Source: Geosiphon pyriformis uo1 | Taxonomy: Eukaryota; Fungi; Glomeromycota | Reading direction: 5' to 3' | Assembly: GCA_016748015.1 (NCBI GenBank) | Contig: JAAOMT010000265.1 | Location: forward strand, 1 to 13,887 | DNA length: 13,887 nucleotides | In this document: piece after piece, positions 1-9,010 of the stretch | Position numbering within the stretch: position 1 is the stretch's first letter | Layout of the letters: each line of letters opens with the position of its first letter | Notes under the pieces: generated by a model | What the model saw: only the letters and a program-made list of their open reading frames with translations | What the model was told of the DNA's origin: nothing | Database searches by the model: none | Position numbers and translations under genes: made by a program

Positions 1-330
1 AAAATATGTATGTTTATCTGTTTTAAATTGTCATATATTTCTATTAATTTCTTTAATAACTTTATTATATTGTACATCTTTCACAAAATTATTATTGATG
101 ACAATAAAATAATTTTTATTTGGTTGATTAAATATGCTTTCAAAAACATTTACTTTAATAGTTCTATTATTTAGCTCTACATAAGAATTCTTTGCCGAAA
201 TATTTTGCCTCAGTTTTAATAATTTTATAAATAAAATCTTATTATTTTTGTTTTCTCTAGATTCCAATCTTTATTTTCATGAATTGTAAAAATAATGTTT
301 AAAGTGTCAAAAGAATTATCCTATTTTTAG
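1..330 (-). pseudogene. Decayed fragment of a fungal extracellular protein with an Ig-like (Big_5/SbsA-like) repeat; continues off the left edge
   Basis: Minus strand reads ...TLNIIFT...IIRFYL*.../LRQNISAKNSYVELNNRTIKVNVFESIFNQPNKNYFIVINNNFVKDVQYNKVIKEINRNI*QFKT. This matches my recollection of an expanded glomeromycotan repeat (LRQ..S...TV.V.V..STFN.....Y.I..DNNFVK...EP..GI....W). The terminal W appears as TGA and a frameshift is needed. Family recognised from memory only. Confidence 0.5.
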
Positions 331-3300
331 CTAAAGAAAATCTATCACTATTATTATTATTATTTTTTAATTAATAAAAAAATGAAATATTATTTTTTCT
401 AACAAAATCAATCATACCATTCTTGTTACATGTATTTACCATTAAATCTTTAATTTTTAGAGATATTATAAATAAAAGCCCTTAATTTATTAATATAAAT
501 AATCAAGTTAGCTTAATAAATCTAAAATAATATCTTATTAAATGTCAAAAAAAGATTTGTAATTCAATTAGCTACCAAAATTCTCTCTCTTTAATTTTAA
601 AATTTATTTTAGATTGATTTCTATTTTTTATAATACTTAAATTTTGACATATTTAAAATAATCTTAAGTAGTTAAATAAATTTTATATTTCTAATTAATG
701 TTTTTGTAAACAAATAATTTTCTGAAGTAAAAATTTTATTATTATTAGATATTTAAAAGCACAATAATTAAACCTAATCTGAAATAGAAGATTAAGTTGT
801 TATTTTTCTAATCAATTAAAAAGTTGATTCTCTATTCAATCGATTAAAAATATTATTAAAAAAGCTAAATATTCAAAAAAGTAAATAAAAAGATATAAAA
901 TCTTTTTTATAATGTTAATTGATTATTTAAACAATCAATATTCTTGTATTAATAAATTAAATATTCTTGAAAAAGTGTATTCATTTTAATGATATTGTTA
1001 TTGGTTGGAGTAATAAGCTAATGAATAGCAAATAAAAAGACTATTGAATGTAATAGAAATAATCAAAAAGAAAATTCAATCAAAAAAACAAATTGAATTT
1101 GTAAGGATTTAATATGCATAATCAGTTTCAAAATTACAGTAATTTAATTTTTTCTGAGAAATCTGAAGGTAAAAAAATAGTTCATAATTGTTAACAAAAT
1201 AATACTGCTGTTATTATTCTATGCCTTATTTAACAATTTTTAGAATCAATAACAGGTATTACTGTGCTTTCAATTATTTTTTATTTAATGAATTACAAAA
1301 GCAAGCAATCATTTTTTAGGCTAATTAACAATACAAATTAAGAAGAAAAAAGATAAGATATGTGAATGTTAACAAATAATTCTTTATCTACAAATATTTA
1401 GATACTTAAAAACAAGAAATTAGGAAAAAAAAATAAGCAATATAAAAGAAGTATTAAATAATAGTTGTTATTTTATTACTTTGATTCAATATGTCTTTCT
1501 ATAATTAAGAAACTCATCACTTATATAGTATTCAAAATGGCCAACAATCAGGTTAGTAACTAAGTCAATGATTAGGTTATTGATTATAACAATGATTATT
1601 ATCTAAAAATAAAGTGGCTAACTATATGATATTATTGACTAATACATGTAATAATTAATAAAACTATTTTTTTTAACTGTAAAAATATATTCAAGGTAAT
1701 CTTGAACTAATTATATACTAACCAAAAAAATTTAGTTTAAATTTAAAGAAAAATCTATTTCAAAATTTCGAAATTTTAGAGACTAAATAAAATATTTTAA
1801 AAGTATAATTTTTTCTAATTGCAATTGCTATTATTATATTAATATTAATAGCTTTATACTTATAAAAAAACTCTGAAGTATTTATTTTTTCCGATTCTAT
1901 TATATTTTAATTTGGTTTTGTATTAAATTGCAACTTTTAATGCAGTAAATATGTTTAAATACATTAATTTAAAGATAAATAAAAATGTATTTTCTCAGTT
2001 GTATTTAAGAAAATATTCTCTTATAATAAATAAATAAATAAAAGTATATTTTATTATATTGAAAATATATGTATAAATATTATAATTAATATGGTTAAAG
2101 TTTTAATATATATAGAGTTTATATAAATATATACTTTATAAAAATATTTCAATAATTATTATTTATTTATTTTATTAACTGCTTCAAAAGTTTTTTAAAA
2201 AATATACTATTACACTTATTGAGTACTCTCTTAAAAAAATTCATACAGATTGCAATTATGTACATATAGATATTTTTTATTAATTTTTTTGTTTTCCATA
2301 ATTTGAATAAAAGACAAAAAATAAGAAATAAAATATAAATCAATTGCTATTAAAAAAAAATTTTTAAAGCTTTATTTGATAATATGTTGGAAAATTATTT
2401 TTTCCAACAAGTTTATATTTGCATTAACATTAATACAGTTAATACACCAAAATAAACAAAACTTAGTGTTTTAATACATAAATTTCAGAAATAAATATGT
2501 AAAAATAAAGTATTATTTACTTTATACCAAACAAATTTTCAATTACATATAATATTGATATTAATTTATTTAAATAAATAGTTACTAATTTCTATTGTAA
2601 AAAATATTTGTGTATAATTTATAAAAGATAACACCTTTAAACTTTTTACAAAAATCTTGTGTTTATAAATTATTTTTTGTATGTATATATATATATAGGC
2701 TATATTGTATTTCTTTACAATAAAAAAATATAATAATATATAAATATTTATATTTGTATATTTCTTAGATATCAAAAAATTTAATAGTTCTGATAATTAA
2801 ATTGTTAATTATTAAAAACAATATTATATTTAGCAATAAATAAAAATGAGTTAACATCATATAAAAAGCATACTTAATTACAAAAATTATTAGAAAATAT
2901 AATATAAAAAATGTTTTTGATTGTGATAAAAAATATTATTTCTTTAGTGTAAATTTGCACTATAATCATTTACACATGTAATGCTATTAGAATTTAAAAG
3001 TAAACTATTAATTTTATAATGAAATTTCTGTTGTTTCGAGTTAAAGATTGAAGTTGAAATAGAAGTAAGAAATTTTTGCAAACAAATTATTACTAGTTTG
3101 AAAACCATCCAAATCTTGAGAAATATTGTTAACTTCTCTTTCTTCAATGCTATTAATTGAAACTATTTAAAAGTTTAGAAATTTTTAATCCTTTTGCACA
3201 ATCTAAAATTTAGGAAGCAAATAGTATAAGTTTTTTTTTTGTAAATTCCCTACTTACTGTGGAATTAGAATTATAAAAATGGGTAAAAAAACCAAGTCCA

Positions 3301-3384
3301 TGTTTGTTAAAAAAACAAAAAGTGTGAAAAGTTATTGTGTAAAACAAAGTATTTTTTAGATATTATAGTATATTTTCACTAAAA

Positions 3385-3725
3385 AAATTAGAATATTTAT
3401 ATATATTTTTAAGTTCCATTTTCTTTTAAAATTAAGCCATGAGTTTAAAATATTATAATAATATTTTGTTATTATGTTTTATCTGTATTTCTTAAGACTT
3501 TGCTCTTTTTTTAATCCCAAATTATTTAGTTTGTGTTGTAATTAGATATTTTTATATGAGACTTTATTTGGTTAAAAAGAAAGTAAATCAAAAAAAATAC
3601 TGAATTTTTGTGTTTAATTTCGAATTAAGAGTTATTTTTGGAGGATAATACAGAGTTGCAATAAATTTATGGTTTTTAACTATTTTTCTTAATCTTCTAA
3701 ATTTCGATTTTATTTGTCTAGTTGG
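3385..3725 (-). pseudogene. Possible decayed HMG-box (MATA-HMG-like) gene fragment
   Basis: A single minus frame reads LYYPPKITLNSKLNTKIQYFF*FTFF...KKRAKS*EIQIKHNNKILL*YFKLMA*F*KKMELKNIYKY. This resembles 'PP.IT...L / P.N.F..FR / S..AK..W / ..YFK.LA...K..H...YP.YKY'. Most stops can be read as transitions from W/Q/R codons. Weak. Confidence 0.3.
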
Positions 3726-4299
3726 AAATATATGTTCTAAAGCAAGTTAAAATTTAGATTATTTTGGAATATAATACAAAATTTTAAAATGGAAAGTAAA
3801 ATACAAATTTTACTATTTGCCATTACAAATAATTATAAGATAAAACACAAAATAACTTATTATAAAACAAAAAAATCAACAAATAAAAAAAAATTAATAA
3901 TTTGAATTAATACAAATATGATATAAAACTTATCTTTATTTTATTTACAACCAGACAAAGACATCAAAAAAATTATGTAAATTTATTAATTACTCTACTT
4001 CTAAAACAAAAGACTGAATAGAAATGTGTTATAACAAAAGATGTCATTACTAATCTTTAATTTTTTTTACAGTTAATATAAGAGTAAAAATCAAATAATT
4101 TAAAACATAGATTGGTATGCTAAAAGTAGAAGTTTAGAACATTTGAAAAGTAATTAAAAAAAATTTTCTTATTTTAAAATGGGTCTAAATATTGATTAGA
4201 GCTTTTAAAGTTTATTTCTTTTTTAGGAATTTTTAAATTTAAAAGAATAAGCAATAATATTTCTTATTATTACCAACAAATATTGTTCATTCATGACAA

Positions 4300-5130
4300 A
4301 ATATGAATATTCAAATTTGAATTATATGCTTATGTTTCACAAAAAGCTTTTTGCTTAAAAAAAAATTACAAATTAATCCCCAGACATATATGATAAGTTC
4401 TTAAAGCATTCTAATCAAACTTAAATTAAAAAAAAATTTTTTTAAAACTGAAACAATTTTTGAATATCAGTAAAAATTAAAAAATATAGGCTAAATAAAA
4501 AATTTCAAATTTTTTTTAAAAGAAAATTTTTAACAATTGAGTTTGCTCAAAATAAAAGATCACAAATTCTATATGACAAAAAGTTTAAAGATTCAATGAT
4601 TGATGAAAAATTTTATTGAAAGTTTTCTGCTGGACAATTAGAATTAGAAAAAAGAATTAATAAGGTTCTTAAACATTAAAAATATAAAAGGCTTGTATTT
4701 ACTAGACATGAAGTTTTGGTAAAAGTAATGGAATTGACATTAATATTTTGCATAATAGAATATTTAAGTTTTCTAAAAACTTATTAGAATTTTTTATGAA
4801 GTCTATGTAGTTTTTGTTGAATTATATTTTCAATTTCAATTTATATGGGCAAACAATAAAGACTAGATATCAAAGTTTATATATACATGCAACTATGAAT
4901 TACAAATTTAATATTTTCTCATTATGTTAACACAAAACTCTCAGAAAAATATTTTACATGACAAACAACAATAACTTTGTTCTAAAATATCAAAAATTGC
5001 ATTTTAGCAATAAGTTTTTATATTATGCCCAAGTAATAAAGTGTCATGTGATTGTCCAGATCATTAAAGTAAATTATGACCAAATGTATATGAATATTCA
5101 GAATCTTTGACTACAAAAAAATATAAACTA
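4300..5130 (+). pseudogene. Class-3 lipase-like (alpha/beta hydrolase) pseudogene with a probable intron at ~4719-4801
   Basis: Lipase_3-type motifs occur in the expected order. YVSQKAFCL (~4331-4357) cf. Y...AYC. IFFKR cf. V.F.G. MIDEKFY cf. V..GF. LVFTRHEV (4692-4715) then YVVFVELYF cf. FTGH.xGG.YA.FA.L. IKVYIYMQL*ITNLIFSHYVN (4869-4931) cf. VYTFGQPRIGN..FA.YVN. IFYMTNNNNFVLK cf. R.T...D.VP. CDCP at 5047-5058. Several frameshifts and stops; ends approximate. Confidence 0.65.
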
Positions 5131-5599
5131 GGATTACCAATAGCATTTAAAAATTATTTTTGTCTGAGAAATTGAATTGTATATTAAAAAAAAATTCTAC
5201 TTTAAAGAATTGTAATGCAAATGTTTATAAAAATATGAACACAGCTATTATGTTTCATTTGGGTTTTTATTTTGGTTATTTTATAACTGTTTATAATATG
5301 TAAATGTAATAAAAAATTCAAAATCATTTATAAATTAATATTTAATCTATAAATTACTGTTTTTGAAAAATAATCCAAATTGAATATTAAATAATTTTAA
5401 CACAAAACTTAGTATCAAGATTGCATGAAATATTTAAAACATGAATTTTGTCTGTTTTCTAATACAAAGCTTATTTAAAAAACTTATAAATGTTTTTACT
5501 TTAATATTTTTTTATATCTTTATCATTGAAATAAATTTACAAGCTACTTTAGACAATTTTGAAAAAAATCAAAAATTTTTTAGGAAATCTAGCAAAAAA

Positions 5600-6294
5600 A
5601 TAGAATTTATTGTGTAAAAAGAATTATGTATATATAGTAGTAGTTTTGGAAACAAGAAAAGCATTCATCCCAGAATAGAAATCTCTTTTCCTATCTACTT
5701 ATTAATTATTTCAAAAATAGTTACTATCAACAGAAGTAAAATCATTAAATATCAAATAAAATACACTTGTTATCATTTAATCTATATTATCAATATTTGT
5801 TTGACTATCTAATTACTCTTCCATTTTATCAACACTCTATGTTAATAAAATCTAACATTTAACCACACTGAAACAAAAGCTTTTAATTATAGCTATTAAT
5901 AGAATACTAATTGTTTTTGTCTTGGCTTAATTTTTTTATTTTTCTTTATTTCTTTTATTTGTTTTTTTGTTGTTTACTAACTAATTAAAAGTTCATATGT
6001 AGAGTTATTGACATCAAAGTAACTGGTAAAAAACCCAGAAATAAGAGTAGTACACTTGATTGAGGATAACTTACCAGAAGAATTACTGGCTATTATGCTG
6101 AAAAAAAATTTAATAAAATTGCAATTTTGAGAGGCTATGGATTACAACACTTAAATTTCTGTCTATTATACAAAAAACTCAACCCAAAACCTTTGGATAT
6201 AGAAAACTTTCAGATATTATTAACCTATCAAGCAATTAAGCACTAAGTTATAGGTTTGTTATTTATTTAAAACCCCAAATAATTACTTGTAACA
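5600..6294 (+). repeat. 5' LTR of element A (5' end not resolved)
   Basis: Ends in TGTAACA (6288-6294), followed by TT and the TGG of the PBS. Homologous to 7141-7745, sharing blocks such as TATCAACAC, TTTAACCACACT, CTGGTAAAAAACCC, AATTGCAATT, AATTAAGCACTAAGTTA and AAAACCCCAAATAAT. Confidence 0.8.
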
Positions 6295-6296
6295 TT

Positions 6297-6313
6297 TGGT
6301 GTTCTCTGTGAGG
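6297..6313 (+). promoter_or_regulatory. Primer-binding site of element A (probably elongator tRNA-Met type)
   Basis: TGGTGTTCTCTGTGAGG lies 2 nt after the LTR-terminal CA. TGG is complementary to tRNA CCA. The TGGTGC...GTGAGG pattern resembles the complement of eukaryotic elongator tRNA-Met 3' ends (from memory). Confidence 0.75.
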
Positions 6314-6322
6314 TATAATCCT

Positions 6323-6902
6323 ACAGAGAACCAGCACCAACAACAACCATCTAAAAAGTGACAGAACCAAAAAGAATAAGAATAAACCATTTAAAATTTA
6401 CCAAATCTTTATTTTAACATTACTGTCAACACTTAGGATTAACCAGCAATTACCTATCAGCAGAATCAGCCTTTAACTTCTATGTTAACAAAAAAATTTC
6501 ATATTTATTAGGAGTACTAATAGAAACTGATTCAGCAAAAAAAAATTTTTACAACAAATTAATTTAAAATACCAACTTATTAATAAATCATAATTTCATA
6601 GCAATCTTTACTAAAATCAATTAGGAAATTGAAAATTACGCTCAGCAAAAATATCTAATTATCTATGTAAATAAAGACAAAAGAAAACTACAAATATGAA
6701 CAGTAACATTCCAGAAAATATAACTATCTACTTAAAAGAAAACAAGAATTGACTCACCAACCAATCTGTCATACCACTATACATTCAAAAGCACCATCAA
6801 CATTTTATCAGCAGGCACATTCACTTCAACCACAAAAGCATTATTTGTCTGACTTTTTTTTTAAAATAAACAAAAGAAAATAGAATTATTAGAAACCTAC
6901 AG
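6323..6902 (+). pseudogene. gag: Degenerate gag N-terminal region of element A
   Basis: Reads ENQHQQ../..NHLKFTKSLF*HYCQHLGLTSNYLSAESAFNFYVNKKISYLLG...EIENYAQQKYLIIYVNKDKRKLQ...ELLETYS, paralogous to element B 7838-8415. Contains stops and at least one frameshift. Confidence 0.8.
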
Positions 6903-6943
6903 TGTTACTCATAAAATATAGAAAGAATATTAGTATATAAATT

Positions 6944-6953
6944 AACCAATCAG
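6944..6953 (+). promoter_or_regulatory. CCAAT box candidate in U3
   Basis: AACCAATCAG fits the NF-Y/HAP consensus and lies ~200 bp upstream of a TATA-like element. Confidence 0.4.
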
Positions 6954-6973
6954 AGATAGATATAATAAATATA

Positions 6974-7144
6974 AAATTCCAAGATTCCTCTTAGAGGAAT
7001 TGCAAGATTTCAAGAATTGCAGAATTCTCATAGAAGAAATTACAGAATTTCAAAATTCCAGAATTCTTTTCAAAAAAAATTGTAGGATTCCAGAAATTTC
7101 AAGATTTCTGGTATGAAGAATTGAAGAATTGAGAAATCTCAATT
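6974..7144 (+). repeat. U3 enhancer-like array of 8-9-bp GAATTCCA/GAATTGCA-like units in ~39-41-bp higher-order repeats, with HSE-like motifs
   Basis: Units at 6994-7032, 7033-7071 and 7072-7112. TTCcaGAAatTTCaaGAt at 7088-7105. Inverted repeats ATTCCTC-TTA-GAGGAAT (6984-7000) and AATTGAGA-AA-TCTCAATT (7127-7144). Confidence 0.65.
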
Positions 7145-7151
7145 ATAAATA
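7144..7151 (+). promoter_or_regulatory. TATA box candidate of LTR B
   Basis: TATAAATA directly downstream of the U3 repeat array. LTR A has TATGTATATATAG at the equivalent position (~5625-5637). Confidence 0.45.
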
Positions 7152-7733
7152 TATAATAGTAGCATTAGAAGCAGAAAAGACAAATCTCTTAGTTTAAATT
7201 TAATCTAAACAACCTTCCAAATCACAAATATTAATAAATAATTATTCATCATCTCAAATTTACTTTTTACTATCAACACTTTATGTTGATAGTAATTGAT
7301 ATTTAACCACACTAAAACAATAGCTTTTAATCATGACTATTAACAAGATACTAACTTGCAATTGCCTTAGCTTATTTTCTTTATTTTTTTTATCTCTTTT
7401 CTTTTCTTTTTGTTGTTTACTAATTAATTAAGAATTAAAGTGCTAAGTTAAAAGACATCATAAAGACTGGTAAAAAACCCATGAAACAAGGGTAGAACAT
7501 TCATCAAATTAAAGATAGCTTATCAAAAAGATTACCAGCCACTATGCTGAGAAAAAAATTTGATAGAATTGCAATTCTAGGAAACTACTGATAAAACAAC
7601 TATTGAATCTCTGTTCATTATACAAATAACTTAACCAAAACCTTTAGATTCATAAAACTTTTAGAAACTATCATCATTATATTAATTAAGCACTAAGTTA
7701 GGGGTTTGTTATTTGTTTCAAAACCCCAAATAA

Positions 7734-7858
7734 TCACCTGTAACATTTGGTGCTTTCTGTGAGGTATAATTCAATAGAGAATCAGCACCAACAACACTCA
7801 CCTGTAACATTTGGTGCTTTTTGTAAGGTATAATTCAATGAATTAGCACCAACAACAC
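7734..7858 (+). repeat. Tandem duplication (64 + 61 bp) of LTR 3' end, PBS and hairpin
   Basis: 7734-7797 TCACCTGTAACATTTGGTGCTTTCTGTGAGGTATAATTCAATAGAGAATCAGCACCAACAACAC versus 7798-7858 TCACCTGTAACATTTGGTGCTTTTTGTAAGGTATAATTCAATGAATTAGCACCAACAACAC. Confidence 0.95.
7748..7764 (+). promoter_or_regulatory. Primer-binding site of element B (second copy at 7812-7828)
   Basis: TGGTGCTTTCTGTGAGG lies 2 nt after the LTR-terminal CA and is nearly identical to the element A PBS. Confidence 0.8.
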
Positions 7859-8465
7859 TCATCCAAAACAGTAGCAAAATCCAAAGAAACAGGGACAAAC
7901 CATTTGGAATTTGCAAAATTCTTATTCCAACATTATTACACTCATCTTGAATTAACAAATAATAGTTGGCCAACAGAATCAGCTTTTAATTGTTATGTCA
8001 ACAAAAGAATAATATATCATTTAGAAGGCCAAGGAGATCCAGAATTTGTCTTCAACAATTTTTTTAATGAACTACTTCAAAGCACTACTCTTCCACAAAA
8101 CTATTTGTTTGCACTCCTAATCACAGAAATAAACAGAAAAATTGAAAAATACACCAAGCAGAAATTTTTTATTACTTTTGCCGACAAAAAAAAAGGAAGA
8201 TTACAAATACCAGCAAGAACCCCAAAGCAAATTCAACTACCCACTTGAAAAAAACAAAGATTTGATTCACCTGCTAATCCATTATATTACCACACACCTA
8301 AAAACATTATCAATATAACATCAACAGACATGTCCACAATAAATGTAACAACACTATTAAATAAAATTATATTTCAAAGTAAACAAAAAAAAGCTGAATT
8401 ATTAGGAACATACAGTGATTACTTTGAAGAATTCAAATCACGATCTCTAATACCATCAGAAATTT

Positions 8466-9010
8466 AATTTGAATTCTTGAAAAGTTTGGGGTTTGGCAGC
8501 TAAATTTTGGCACCACGAATCAGTAGTATCTTAAAGAAAATAGGAGATTACTTGAAGAGCTCTGTCATTATTTTATCTATTGGCTCTGATGGCTTTTTTT
8601 ATGTTGTTGAGTCATACTTGGGCATTGTTTTCTTTGCCAGTAAATTTTTCAATTTTGGTGATGGGTACATATACTATTGGTACTAATGGTAATTGTTATT
8701 GTGGTTATGATTGGAGTTACTGTTGTAATTGTTGCTGGAGTGGTGGTAGTGGTTGCTGTTATTGTTTGGTAATTGGTGAGACTAGTAGTAGATCGATTAT
8801 GATTATTGACAATAAGTTTTAGGGAACAATAGGAGCAGTGTTTGGATTATTCTAATTTTGCTGAGTTGAAATAATCGGAATTTCAATTTTTAAGTTTTCT
8901 GAAATTGGATTTTGACTATTTATTTCTTGATCATTGTTTCTTTTTTCTTTGGAGTTGGTTATTTTTCAAGAGCTGGTGGCTCTAAAATCTGGTTGTTTTG
9001 GTGGTAATCA
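8466..9010 (-). other. In-place inversion of ~545 bp within gag
   Basis: Strand composition flips from AC-rich to GT-rich and back. The reverse complement joins PSEI- to (R)LPPKQPDF on the left and QEFKL to KFMRYF on the right. Flanks are AATTT (8461-8465) and AAATT (9012-9016). Confidence 0.9.

Larger units (their letters stand above)
5600..6902 (+). mobile_element. Ty3/Gypsy LTR retrotransposon A (5' LTR, PBS and 5' gag), interrupted by element B
   Basis: Alignable by eye with element B from ~5620 through the LTR end, PBS and gag. It stops abruptly at TACAG|TGTTAC (6902/6903). The 5' boundary is uncertain. Confidence 0.85.
6903..7745 (+). repeat. 5' LTR of element B (843 bp)
   Basis: Begins TGTTAC (6903-6908) and ends GTAACA (7740-7745), a perfect 6-bp terminal inverted repeat with TG...CA. 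Followed by the PBS. Its 3' ~600 bp are homologous to LTR A. Confidence 0.9.

Noticed and set aside
2385-2409. Perfect 10-bp hairpin TGTTGGAAAA-TTATT-TTTTCCAACA as a Helitron 3' end or terminator
   Set aside because: No CTRR terminus shortly downstream and no second copy; it cannot be distinguished from chance in AT-rich DNA.
2566-3147. Minus-strand ORFs 2566-2775 and 2944-3147
   Set aside because: Low-complexity I/K/Y/N/F composition typical of AT-rich DNA. The second may overlap the tail of the HMG-like relic but has no recognisable motif.
6314-6319. TATAAT as a bacterial -10 box (also 7765 and 7829)
   Set aside because: It is the loop of the PBS hairpin in a eukaryotic retroelement, with no supporting bacterial context.
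7540-7615. Hammerhead-ribozyme-like core (CTGATAA, GAAA) in LTR B
   Set aside because: The CUGANGA core is not intact, the stems do not fit and the homologous LTR A sequence lacks it.
7734-7858. CRISPR-like repeat
   Set aside because: Only two adjacent copies with no unique spacers; explained as an LTR-end/PBS duplication in eukaryotic context.
8580-8822. Cys/Gly-rich 80-aa ORF resembling a small secreted peptide
   Set aside because: It is the antisense reading of the inverted Gln/Pro-rich gag linker (CAA/CCA repeats read as TGT/TGG/GGT).
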